Below are positions 50,238 through 62,299 of a stretch of 64,000 nt of DNA, in pieces (position 1 is the first letter of the stretch; every line of letters begins with the position of its first letter). Source of the DNA: Raillietiella orientalis (lineage: Eukaryota). The notes under the pieces are model-generated. The model ran no database searches, had not been told where the DNA came from, and worked only from the letters and a program-made list of their open reading frames with translations. The translations under genes were made by a program, and so were the position numbers. The DNA lies in NCBI GenBank assembly GCA_036172245.1, contig JAYWIR010000008.1:434001-498000 (forward strand). The letters run 5' to 3'.

Positions 50238-51290
50238 CTTTTTTTCTTTTTGTTTTTTAAGAGTTTTCTTTTTTTTTTTGGTTCGCTAAGTACCTCAGAG
50301 CCGGTCGCGTGCCTCGTGGAGCACGTGGCTCTTTTAAACACCTGTTTTGTTTCCACGCCTCTCCCCTGCGACAACCCCTCAGGGGGACGTGTAATTCTTC
50401 AGTGTAATTCTTCAGGATAGGGCACCCCGGGATGGGAGTCCGCCCTATGAATCCAGGAAGGGCTCGGAGTCCGTTCCTTTCACTCTTGGGGAGGGATCCC
50501 TCCCGGACGGGGGGGATCGCACCTCCCTTCCTGGTTGTCTCCGAAGCTCCGAAGGGGAACCCCGAAGGGAATCTCCTTCCTCATTCTTTCCGGAGGGACC
50601 ACCGGAACCCGAAAGGGGGGTGGTCCTCTCCATTTCATCTTCTCCGGAGGGAACCTGCAAGGGAACCGCTCCTGTTCACTCCTCTGAAGAGAACCCCGTA
50701 GGGACGCTTCCGAATCTAAGAAGGGAATCTCTGCAGCTTCCTGCAGGGGATCGCTCTCGCTTGCTTCTTTGCTCTCTGTGAAGAGGCGACGACTCGGAGG
50801 GTCCCCCCTCAAGAGGGTGGGGGGACCCTCCTAGTTCCCCTCTCCTTTGAACAACTGGAGAGGTGCCCGTGAGGACTCCTGCACCATCTTGAAACCGGAG
50901 GGGTCCCCCGGTGAAGGGGGGGTCCGCTCTCCGTTGCACGACAGGAGGGGGAACTCCCCACTCCTTTATTCCTGGAAGGACCCGAAAGTAGACTCCCATT
51001 GTTCCGGCCTTCATCGGGGGCCTCCGGCTTAATCCACCGCCGGTGCCACGCCCGAATGTCTCGGCCAACCAGCGCCATCTTCCAGAGGAAACTCGAAACT
51101 CGACGACGCAGTGGCGTCCGAGTTTCTGCCGAAGTATTCGAACCCGCTACGCATTGTGCCACGCGCGGAAGCCTTAACCACAAAGCCTCCCTCGGGGGCT
51201 TTGTGGTAGAATTTGATAGAGATTTTGCTGCTTGTGGCGTATGTCCTGCACGTTCTTTGGACTGGTTTCTAGATTTTCTTGTAGGTGTGC
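50238..51290 (-). mobile_element. Element X, most complete uninterrupted copy (tRNA-like head, hairpin-repeat body, A-rich tail)
   Basis: Minus strand GTGGTTAAGGCTTCCGCGCGTGGCAC...GCGGGTTCGAATAC; AAGATGGCGCTGGTTGGCC; CCCTTCGGGG repeats; ends CTTAGCGAACC then an A-rich tract (50279-50238). Confidence 0.8.
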
Positions 51291-51479
51291 TGCTGGTCGT
51301 ATGCGGGAAGCCTCCCATGGGTTACGCGTGTCGCGCTTGGGTGGTCCCGTCACGAGGTCAAGTGCTGCCACACGTTCTCCACTTCCCAGCTTTGTCCTTC
51401 TGATCCCATTGGTAACGATTGCGCCGGCGGATCATCCACAGGGACATTTCTTCCTTCTTCGTGCCGCCAGCCGGGCCCT

Positions 51480-52040
51480 TGCACTGCCCAGATGACCTGT
51501 ACTGTCCGGTGCTTCTCGCAGCTCCTACTATTTTATTGATGCGTCGGCAATGTGGAAAGTGTCTGTGGACTTACCGGCACCTCGCGTTGCATTCTGTAGT
51601 GACGGATTCAAATATGCTCCACTGCAGCGCCATACGTGCTACAAATGAACTTCACCGTTGTTTGCCAACAAGTGATCAACTTAATAATTTTGATAATTGG
51701 ACTCAACCGCTCACTTTTGGATGACACCGCTGAGTGGAAGTCGATCCAAAGCTCTTTAGACTGATTCCGATCTTGTGGACAGGAAGTCTTTGGCGCAACA
51801 ACTGGCTTGTAAAGCATTCGTTCAATTATCAAAATGGGGGGGGGGGCAGACCTCATGTCAAAACAGTCTTTTTTTTTGAACAAACATCCATAGCTTTAGG
51901 GTTTTTAGAACCCTCATCTCCTACCGTCTCCATCAATATGGACGAGGAACAACCATTTATGCGTGATGACATCTCTTCGTGCAGCTGTCGGACACTTGGG
52001 TTAATTGGCATGTTTACCATTTGCATTTTCATTAAGTGAG
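51480..52040 (-). mobile_element. Possible hAT transposase remnant
   Basis: EEMSSRINGCSSSILMETVGD ~ FSIxxDETTD; KFICSTYGAAV ~ GICTDGAAVM; frameshifted. Confidence 0.35.
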
Positions 52041-54487
52041 TACTGGAAGGCTTCCCTATGCGTGGGGGTCGGATCGAAGGAGCAACAGGAACACCAGAGT
52101 TTCCAGCAAGCGCGGAGTGCCTAGTGTCTTGACCCGGCTTTCTCAAAAAATCCTTTCACTTATCGCTGCAGCCGGTTGAGAACGTCTCGCTTGCTGAGAT
52201 GGAGCTTCTACGCGGCGATGGTGGACCATGCCACCTCACACATAGTAGCACGAATGATTTTCTCAGACTCCGAACCTCTGCATCAACTGCAACGCTCGTC
52301 ACGCGGCTCATTCTTGCGGCACTCCACGTGAACGAATTTTCTTCGACCAGAATGCAGGAAAGACTTTGCATCCCCCGCGTTGCCGGCCGAGGGTTTCTTC
52401 GGAGAATGCGGAAGGTGAATTTCCTCGAGGGCTCATGTGACTCCAGGCTTGTCTTTCTTGCAAGTTGCCGATGAGGTTCGCGTCGAGGCTCCCACTTTCG
52501 GAAGGGCTTTTTGCGATCAACTGGGGGCTCCACGCTACGACTGACTTTGGTGAAGCGTCCGATTAAGAAACCAACAGGTTGACTACAGATGTCCGCGGAT
52601 TGCATAAAAGCTCAGTAGTTTGGATCCTGCTGGTTTCGTTTGCAAATGCTTTCCCTTATTGCGCTAGTTTCGCGATGACCCAGCAGCTGCCAGCCGTAGT
52701 CGCAGGTTTGGGGAACTCTGGAGCAGCTTGGGGACAACACAAAGTCCAGAAAGCCTCTTCCACGGCTCGAGTTTATGTCTCTTTCCATATGAAGTCCAGT
52801 TTTCCTTCAGGGATTCATCGTGCGGTTTATTTGCCATCCGCTCGAATGGTTGCTCGTCATCTCGCTGTTAAGCCTTTCGAGTTACCACAGTTGTTTTCGC
52901 ATGATTCCGTGTGTTTCCCCAGGCACCGTCTTTCTCACCAGCCGTTCTTCTTTCCAACGCGAGGACTCATTTTCACGGTGGATGTTTATTTCTCCTTTCT
53001 CCATGACGTCGCGAATGTTCTGCATCAGTTGCGTTCAGCACATCGCAGTAAGCTACAGTCCGGGAGTATGGTCATTCCCTTGGGCTGGTAATTGAATATG
53101 CTTCCTGTGATGTTGATTGCTTTATTGCTCCACATGGGAAATCTCCGAATGAATGAACACATGGATGTTGTTCCCACCTACGTCGAATGCAGAATCACAT
53201 TACTTCGGAAAGGATGGAGCGAACGCAGCCGACAATAATAATCACGAACTTTTAGAAAGATAAAGAGTTACATCTGCCTATAGAAGTAGTTGGCACTGCC
53301 ATGCTCCAAAACGAGCACATTCCGCTATGTAAGCTTCCCGATAATGTATACCGAATGTATGGGAATCCGGCCGAACACCACGAAACATCACAACAAAGTT
53401 CGCGAGGTGGAGACCTCGTCAGGAGATCCCTCGTCCGTAACAAATCAGCATTCCCGTGATTCCCGTGAACAGTGATGGTGCCTCCCTCCGCTCAAGCCGG
53501 TGCCACCACCCTCGTTTATGCAGGGAAAACCGAAACAGCTCGTTCGAAGGGAAGCGTTGGACTCGGAGGGGTGCGCCTTCACGAAGATGCGCGCAGGAAC
53601 ACAAAATGTCGTCGCTACCGCCCCCCCATCGCCTTGAGAGCGTTCACGTCGATGTGGAAACTGCAAGGTTCTCGGCACAGATGTGGGTGCTCCCAGTCCC
53701 GTTTCCAGCTCCCCCTGGAGCTGCTGCTGCTGCGCATTTGTGGGCGTGCTCGAATGAATTCAGTCCCTAAATGCTAACGAATGATATCCAAATGACGCTC
53801 ATTTGAATATCGCTCATTAGCATTTTCGTTTGCACTCGCATGCCACGCAGCCATGCCCAGAAGGCATTGCGCCACCGGCGAGGTTTCGTACGTGTGCCTT
53901 TTAATTCGCGGTTTACAGGAAGTCATAACCCGCGAAATTTTCCCACAGCGCTTATTCTCAGTCAAACATGGCATCACCGCTATACCACACCACGAGGTTT
54001 GTGTATACCACGAGGGGAGAGAGTGAATTTCGTACGCCAATGTCTACAGGAGGGTGTGCCGCGTTGCTCTGCGGGCGGAAATTCGCACAAACCCTTATCT
54101 GAAATTTGCGAGTACGAATCGTGCGAATGAATGTCTTTGCATCTTTAGACGTGCCACGCGTTCGTTTTAACTGAGGTGTGTCTCCATCCTTCCATGCTGC
54201 CAGGACGCTTTCTCAAGGGGCAGGCGGGGCTCTGCCGTTCGCAGGCTTCCGGAATTGTAACCGGGACCTTGTTGACCCCGGTTCCAGAAAGTTCCCCGAA
54301 TTCGGAATGACCGGAGAGCTTCACGTTTTTGTTTTTGTTTTTCTATATATATCTTGACAGTTTTGACCGATACTGGTGATCTGGAAGGCTCTCGTTCTGA
54401 AATCCTTGTCCACTGTGCACTTCGACATCCAGCATCGTTGTTTAGAAATGGCGAAATGATAGAAGAACGCGGGCTTCAGATTTAAGG

Positions 54488-54802
54488 ATGATTGCGGACT
54501 CCACGAGGTCGTCTTCACCTCTTTCTGTTGGCGTTCAGGAAAATGTCGACACGCAATGGGATGACTATGAGGTATTATTCCCAGGCAGCCCTGTATCGGT
54601 TAAGGTGTCCCGACAGCACGACGGCATTCAATTTCCATACACGAACCTCGACGTGGAAGCCGAGGTCGTTCGCAGAAAATTCGTTCCTGCGATTCAAACT
54701 AACATAAGTTCTCGAAGTCAGAAGGAGATCTCCGAATTCGCAGAGAGATTGCACCAATTCATACCATCGGTTGGGGGTCCTCAGTACGCGTATGCCTTGT
54801 TG
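54488..54802 (+). CDS. Divergent PP2A scaffold subunit A-like (HEAT) gene, exon 1
   Basis: VVRRKFVPAIQTNISSRSQKEISEFAERLHQFIPSVGGPQYAYALL ~ RTRSELLPFL...[28 protein letters not shown] donor at 54803. The start codon is uncertain. Confidence 0.75.
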
Positions 54803-54852
54803 GTAAGTTGCCTTCGGGAGTCCTCGGTCAGTGTGCCGGAAAAATTCCTTAG

Positions 54853-55072
54853 CCGATCATGGAAACCATATGCACTCTCAAGATAACGGAAGTGCAAGAA
54901 TCGTTTTTCGAGGGTTTCGGCAAGATTTTAGAAGACCTGAGCTCCGACGACCTGCACACCTATTTCGTTCCCATGCTGAGGCGCTTGGCCAGCTTTGACA
55001 GCTTCGTTGCACGCTTTTCAGCTTGCACATTCTTGAGCATGTTGGTCCATCGCCTGCCACCAGCGGTTCAAG
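54853..55072 (+). CDS. Divergent PP2A scaffold subunit A-like gene, exon 2
   Basis: After the TTCCTTAG acceptor (50-bp phase-0 intron): PIMETICTLKITEVQESFFEGFGKILEDLSSDDLHTYFVPMLRRLASFDSFVARFSACTFLSMLVHRLPPAVQ ~ PPLESLATVEETVVRDK...[36 protein letters not shown] donor at 55073. Confidence 0.8.
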
Positions 55073-57572
55073 GTAATGCAGCGACCTCACATTCATATGA
55101 AACTGCTCATCATCTAGCTGACCTAGTCAGCGACTTCACATTCTGAGCCCCCCTCCAAGGAGGCGATCCCCTCTTCAGATTTTAGAGCAGAGGCGGTGAT
55201 GACGCTGGGCCAACCGGAACCCACGCCTGATCCGATATGCAGAACCAAAACTTTAGCTGGTTCCAGGGCAGCATCACGTGTTTTCAAAAACACCAAAAAT
55301 GTTTGCTGGCAGTTTTTTTTTTTTTTTTGGCATCAGTTGTTTCATGAAAAAAGGTATAAAAGCTTCCAAGATGAAAATGGCGAATGTCGCGCAAAGAGTG
55401 GTCCGCAGCAGCACCCAAGCCAGTTTCGGAACTTTTTGTTTCAGCATCTCCTTCCTTCCTACAAACAAGTGGCGAAGGAATCACCTGCTCTTTCCTACCC
55501 GTTGCCTTTTTTTTTTTTTTTCTGCTGAGATCACATTCACACGCTGAAATCGTCGAGAGCTCCTGCAAATCCTACTGGTTCTTTACAAATGTTCATCTTG
55601 GTTTCTAGGGGTTTTCCGGATCTGCGCGAGGGCTAACGGCAAAGCACACTTGTTTATCAAATTTGTAAAGTCTGATGCAGCAGCCACGCGGTTCAGCACG
55701 GCTTTCTGCCACCCCTGGCATGCAGCATCGGCTTCTGGAAGAATAGTTGTTGAGAATTCATCTGAAACACTGCGAGCAGCGTCAAGTGGCAGCTTGCATT
55801 TTCGGAGACAGGTTTCTGGTGAGGACGGGTCTGGTGTCGAAATCTGGGGTCAGCATGCACTGATCGTAATGAAACCAAGCGGACTGAAAGACCAAACATC
55901 CATTAACGACAGACGTGGCGATTACGCATGGCGGCGAGTTGTCTGACGCGAGACGACGGAAGACCGAAAATCGCACGTGACGAAGACGGAACCCTCAGAA
56001 GCCGTGAACCTGAAGCTGATATGGCAGGCTCTCCGAATCCTGCCTTTCCTTTAGAAGGAGCAGGTCTTGCCCGTGGTTGTCACATCCTCGGAATGCATAG
56101 AGACGCTTCGAGGGGAACACGTTGGGCACTATAGGGTTTCGAAGACTGCGGTCGGCGCTTGGTCCCATCTTCAGAACTTTGATCTTTCCGTACACGCATG
56201 ACGGGATTGCTCTCCAGTATGGCTGACATGTACACTGTGTCACGACCACTGCTTTTAATATGACATTGTGACTGTCGCAGAACTGTATGGGATGGTGGGT
56301 GCTTCGGAGTGATTACAGGGGAAAAGTCTTTGTTTCTCCAGGAGCCTCACGTTCTTCTGAAGCACAAGAAAGGAAAGTTCAGAGCAACATTAGTTGATTT
56401 CCATTTTGGCAGGCGCTGATCATCTTTTATGACGGATACCACAGATATGCAGTTGCTTAACGACAAGACGAAGCATTAAAAAAAAAAGATTCATAAAATA
56501 GGAATTGCATGGATGAGATCTTCGGTCTCTGTAGTGACAGAATTGTTACCGTCGTTCTTATCAGCCGTATGCTCGCAGGGATGGAACAGCGCCGCAGGCA
56601 CCACCAGAAAAAAAACACGTCGTGCCTCGGTCCTTCTTTTCTACTCTGCTGCTCTTAAGATGAGTGTGAGTTGGCATCCATCGTTCATAGTTTTAGACGT
56701 GCTTGATAGAACAATAGAAAATAATTTAAATTAATCATCCATGTATATGGTATCAGCCATCCTTTGCTCGCTGTCCCCTCTCCCCTTTCTGCAACCCGCA
56801 CTCTTCCTGATCCCTGTCTGTCCGCATGGCAGGGGGAAGCCTCACTGGCTGTAGGTTTGTTCCTTTTCCTACAAACGTCACGGAGTAATTGGCCTACCAA
56901 CCAGTGATCGAAGCCTCATCTGTGTACACGCCTACAAGTTTTACTTGTGGAAAGCCAAATTTGGTGGTGCCCGTTCGTCTTCTTTGAATAAGTCTTTCCT
57001 GTGGACGCACCTTGAATCGCAATCCACCATTAGCAGATCCTTGAGCATTTTCGTGCGTTCATTTCGTACTGCCCTAATGAGAGTGAATCGCGGATCTGCA
57101 CTCGGCGGCATCGGTTGGTCCATGAAGTTCATTAAAAGAAAGAAAAATCGAAATTTTTGCACCAATCCAATCCAGAGTCGATCTCAGCAATCACCTTCCG
57201 TTCTTCCAGATGCGGTTTATCCGGTACAAACTCGGCATCGAGGACAAATTGACCTCGTCCAGGATTGAGGCAGATGTAAGGAGGCAGATCCTTCCCGGTT
57301 TAGCTTCCTGCCTGAGCAGCTTGAGCCGTGTTGCTCCTCAGCCTGGGATTTTGCCACCAGTTTTGCTGCTTCCACTTTCCTGTTTGGGGATTCACCGGCT
57401 CTTGTGGGTTCTTCGAATCTTTCGTACCTCCGAAGTTGCATTTCGTCGCAGCTGCCCTGACCAACTCACTTCGCCAGGAGCACGAGGCTTCTCCATCTAC
57501 TGGCTATGAAGAAAATAAATCTAGTTCGAGCATGGTTATACTAGCGCTGATATTCACACAGATTCTCTCCCT

Positions 57573-57605
57573 TTCCTGAAACGCCAGCATCTGGCGTTTC
57601 AGGAA
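57573..57605. repeat. Perfect 15-bp inverted repeat with 3-nt loop
   Basis: TTCCTGAAACGCCAG-CAT-CTGGCGTTTCAGGAA. Confidence 0.9.
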
Positions 57606-58329
57606 GGCCCTGCTCACACAGATATGTAACAGGATATTTGAAATCCCGTGAGGAAAAAAGGTTCAGTGAACAAAGTGCAAGCACTGCTGCTGCACCATGT
57701 CGTGTGCGTGCTCTTGCTCTTGCAGGTACCTACCATAGTGAACAGCCTGTGCAACGGCAGACTCCCTTGTACAGACCAAGCCATCCGCAACGCATCTTCG
57801 TTTGTTCGTAGATCTGTGAAGCATCCGATTCAGAAACACGAGGTTGACAGCAAAGAGGTTGGCTGCGATTCCGAAAGTTCCCCTCGGGCTGCTAAAATGA
57901 ATGAGGCCGCAGACAGCCCATGACCGCGCCTCATTCATTCCGAAAACAGACGGAGACTTCGAAGGCGGAGGGGACGCGACAGTGAAATCTTCAACCGGGG
58001 ATGGAAGCAGCGAATCAGAGCAAACTCGAAATAGGTTACAAGGCGGAAGTGAAGGGAGGAAAATTCGAACTGACTGCACCCCACGATTGGTCGTCGGTCC
58101 AGATCCTGCGTGCTCTTAGAACATTGCCGTTCCAAGAGGGTTCCCGTAGCCGTTCTTCCGATCCCTTCCCATCGGTGCTTTGTTTGGGCCTGCAGATCCT
58201 TTTGGTTAGTTGCTAAGAAGAAAAAAATGGCAAAGTGGACAGTTCGGGTCTGCATCGGCTCAGATGAGTCCTTGTGAGATGAGAGTGCGTGGACCCGCGC
58301 ACGTTACTATGGTGCGCACCCTAGTGCCC

Positions 58330-59810
58330 TAGCGTCGCTCACCCAGGTGGTCAGCGTTTCTTGTGAAGTTCATTCGGAGACGACCAGACGGAAAGTCCAG
58401 GCAAGCAGAGATGGTCTCCGGATGCCCCGAAGCGCGATCTACCAGATCCACAATTAGACGGACGCTTGTCAGCTCACAAAGAGGCTGGTTCCTTAACAGT
58501 CAGATTATGGAGCTTCGGCGAGGCTGCTTTGAGAATCGCATGGTCCACCTTTCCTCCCTCCGGCCATTCTTGTCCCTGACTTCCGAGCTCCTAAGAGGTC
58601 AGAATCTGTTCGGGGAAGCTGTGAGAAATCCGGTTCGCCATCACCCCATCGCGGCAGCAAGCGGGAGTCCCGCTTTTCGAAATTTTCTCTTCGGACAGGC
58701 TTCCTTCTTGCAGCGGCGCCTCGTCGGCAGTACCTCGGATTCAGCTTTCATCAGGAAACTCCTCCAGCCTTCCGAGCCGTCTGTTTTCCACGAAGAAGAG
58801 CTTCATTGTGATCATTCTTCGCGGAAGCATGTGGCGCTTACTGTGGGAGCACACAGCATGATTTCTCTTGAGCCTGGCCTCCGTGAATCATCAAGACTAA
58901 AGAGGACCAGCGTGCGGCTAGGTCTTGTAGGCTGATTTCGAAGCTGGAGCTGGTCAAAAACCATGCTTTGTTCGTGGCGTAGATGAATCCCCATGCATGT
59001 TGCAGATGCTGTTCCTTATGGGAATGGTCTCCTTGCTGCCAGCTCTGCAAGACACGAAATGAAGCAAATGGAAGTGGGGGCCACCCTTGACTCGCAATTG
59101 CTTCCGCTTCTGGCACCCTATTTTTGTGTTTTATGTCCGATAAAGGAGGACACTTGGCGATCCCATAACAGGAGCCAGGAGCTTTCACCTGCCTCCCCGG
59201 CTGCCAATCCTCAACTGCTTCAGGAGGATCGCTGCTGCAGTTCACATGGTGGCGGCACACGCGGTAAGTGGAAGGAAGATCACACGTCCTCGTCTGCTAC
59301 TCGATCAGCAATGTGGCTTTGGGAAAAGGGAGTCAGGGAGGACGCTGCAAAGACCTGCATCGCTCAGAGCCTTAAGAGGAGGCAGAGACTGTTTCTCGTG
59401 CTCCTCTGTCTTCCGCGCCTTTTCATCTGTTGTCACCTCCTCTGTGCCCTTCCTGCCTTCCGATGTAGTCAGATCTCGAGTCGTTGGTGGTCTTCCTTTC
59501 CCTCTTCCTTCGATGTTCGCGAAAAATCTAGCGGAATTCCACATCTCCTGTTCCCTCTTCCTCCTTTGGAAAACAAATGCCACCGGGTGACTCGGTGTTG
59601 GCAGGTTCCGCGAAGAAGAGTCAGTTCCACGTCAGTTGCAGGGAGGCGTTCTGCCGCCTGAGGGGAAGCAAGGATTTCCCTCGCACCCTGCAGACGAGCA
59701 CCCTTTCCGGGCATTCTTGTACCTTTACAAAAGCCGTCTCCGCGCGTCAGTCCGGGGCTGGTTGTCTGCCGGAAGAGCTTGGCCAAGAGACCTTGACCTC
59801 TCCCGCGGTA
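58330..59810 (-). mobile_element. Degenerate LINE ORF2 N-terminal part (EN + linker)
   Basis: Decayed equivalents of LLQE, GDFNC, DRIY and SPGPDG motifs in order (e.g. DVELTLLRGT, HHVNC, GFIYATNKAW, DRASGHPETISA). Confidence 0.4.
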
Positions 59811-59817
59811 CGACTTC

Positions 59818-60400
59818 CTCTGCCCGTTTGTGGCCAGAGACGTCTATTGAAAAATAAATAAACTACAAGGTAGAGGGGGCAGTGTCTTTTGATACAAGAG
59901 AAAAAAAGTTTACTGGGAATGACCACCGACACTCAGGCCGGCTTTTAGAGAAGTTCGGAACGATAAGGAGGCGATAATAATAAAAAAAAAAAAAAGTAAA
60001 AAGAAACAGGAGGGCAGAGACTTTGGTATCGAACGCTCTTCGTCCCTAAAATAGGTTCCGCTATGGTGGCGACCTCCCTAGCGACTTCATATTCCGGGTG
60101 AGGCCACCTTGCAGTCGTCCTCATCAAGGCGGCTTCCATGCTGGTGGCCTCCCTTCGCGGCGAACGAGACCCCACCATGGAACGGGCTGTGAGGATGGAG
60201 CGGATTCAACAGACCGTTGCGATCGTGGCGCCCGCCCTCAGCCTGCCCTCAGTGAAGAAGCGCCATAGGAAGTCCGGGTGGCGGGCGGAGCGCCGAAAAG
60301 AGTGTGCACCACGTGCCTTCCAGGATGCTGTAGTGCAGCGGGAGTTGCGGGAACGATTCCATCGCCTGCACCTGGTTTCTGGGGGAGGCAGCTCCCCCGG
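59818..60400 (-). mobile_element. LINE 3' fragment (same subfamily as 27325-28100)
   Basis: Shares ATGACCACCGACACTCAGGCC and CCATGCTGG.GGCCTCC.TTCGC with 27449 and 27876; decayed terminal signature at 59848-59818. Confidence 0.75.
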
Positions 60401-60820
60401 AAACCAGGTATCTACGATGCAACCATCGTAGACACCTGGTTGGAAATGCCCATTACAGAAACGGAAGAACATGCCGTTCCTACCGGAGCGGGAACACGGA
60501 GGTGTCCAAGGGAAGGAACCCCGAGTTCTTCGGGGGACACACAAAACAGCAAGCACCAAACACCAAATACCTGCTTGTAGACTGTGTTGCTCTCTAACCC
60601 CTGTGGTTGCTCCACGCAACGTCCCTTGGGGCATCAAAGAACAATCCCAGAGACGTGCTGAAGCGCCTCTTCGTGCTCGATGCCCTTTCGTCTGCCGCAT
60701 CCCTAGCAGCTCCTTGCTGCCTACGAGGGGTTGTGGCGGTCTGAAGCTACGCGACAGAAGGACGGCGCCATAGGAACGTCATCTGCTTCGTCCTGAGCTC
60801 TAGATGGGCCCACCTGGGAC

Positions 60821-60905
60821 ATACTTAGAAGGAACTTCTAAGGAACTTAGAAGTTCCTTCTAAGTATACTTAGAAGGAACTTCTAAGGATACTTAGAAGG
60901 AACTT
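60821..60905. repeat. Fold-back/tandem array of a 22-bp unit
   Basis: U = ATACTTAGAAGGAACTTCTAAG arranged as U, GAA, reverse complement of U, U, partial U. Confidence 0.95.
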
Positions 60906-61170
60906 GCCGGAATTCTGCAAAGGATGCAGAGGACGCCCTCCAGCTAAGAGTGATCCTTTCCCTAACCCTCCCAATTTCTGCATACATTTTGTTTGTTTAT
61001 TTTTTATTTTTTGTTTGCTCTCTCTTCCTCCGGTGCCGAGGCGAACCTCGTTGGCTTGCGTGCCAGTTACTCGGCAGGTTCCGAGCATTTTCGGACAATG
61101 TAGGACCAATTACCCTACAAAGGTATGTTTATTCTTTATAATAAAGGTCTCGGCGTGACTGAGTGATAAA
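60906..61170 (+). mobile_element. Short LINE 3' end
   Basis: AGILQRMQRTPSS* matches other ORF2 ends (ILQRMLR, AGILQLIQR). T-rich UTR; terminus AATAAA-GGTCTCGGCGTGACTGAG-TGATAAA. Confidence 0.8.
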
Positions 61171-62299
61171 CCAAGCAGGTCACTCCATCGACGGAGTTCC
61201 TCTTCCCGGAAAGGAGGTGGGGCGGTGTTTATCAGCTCTATCGTCTTGCAGTCGTCCAGGAGTTTCTGGGCTTTGGAGGGGTGCAGTCGTGCAGGAGAAC
61301 TCCCTCCTCGCCGGTTGGCTACTGTCATTATTTGCCCTGAGGGCAGGCAGCGCTGTGGCAGGGAGCGAGGCAGCTATCTGGAATCACTGTGCCCATTCCA
61401 GCAGGACGTCTTCTAGCGGCTTGGGAGTTTCCTAGCGGACCAAGTTCCTCTGGATGCACTTCCAGAGTGCCGACCTAGGACTCCAGCGCATCCTGCTGCC
61501 AGGCGTTCCAGTTTTGGTTACAGCAGGAGATCCACGGGAGAGCTTCCAGCAGCGAGGACAGATGCCTCAAGAGGTACCCAAATCCACGCATCTTTTATGA
61601 AGGCCACGCGACAGCAGTGAGACGTCATTCGCTGCGGGCTCTCCTCCGGAGGATGAGGCGCGCTAGAGCGCACCAAGCAGACGTCCGCGATTTGGTTCAC
61701 GACTTGGCGCGGAGTGCCAAAATACGGAACTGCACCTGTGGTCTGACTCCGTGGATGGTCAGAACTCCCAAGACGGAATCCTGACGCGGTGCCACCAAGT
61801 CTTTCAGTCGGATCCGGAAGCTCTGTGCTCGGGAGCGTTCCTCATTTCGGATAAAAGTCTGTGTTTATTACGAAGAAATTTCGGGATTTTGATTGCTCGG
61901 GATTTCGGCGTCCGGGATTTTGAGCCGAACCCCTTCGGGCTGGCCCCTCCAGGAGGCAAACGCTCAGGAAGAGATGGGCAGAAGCGCACGCTTTTCCTCG
62001 CCGGAGCTTTACTGGAGAGGCAGTCTCCCTGGATCCTTTCGGGGATCCCCGTGGGCGGTACTTTTAAGTGTGTCTGTTGGAGACTTCTGCGCTCCAAATT
62101 CAGGACCCGACTTACTTGAAAGACGGCGAAGGCGAAGACGCTGGATCCGTTCGAGAGATGCTCCCGCCGCGGTGCGGGAGGCAGTGTCAAGCAGCTTCGT
62201 GGATCCCTCCTCTGACCCCCGACTTTGCCTGCTCCCGCCTTTAGGGGCAAACACTTGGCGGAACAGCCTCCTCAGAAGATACCTGGGAAGCTGGAGGAG

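Noticed and set aside
57573..57605. Rho-independent terminator or Helitron 3' hairpin
   Set aside because: Eukaryotic DNA, no U-tract, and no CTRR end at the expected distance.
60821..60905. CRISPR-like repeat
   Set aside because: Units abut or are inverted with no unique spacers; eukaryotic context with no cas genes.
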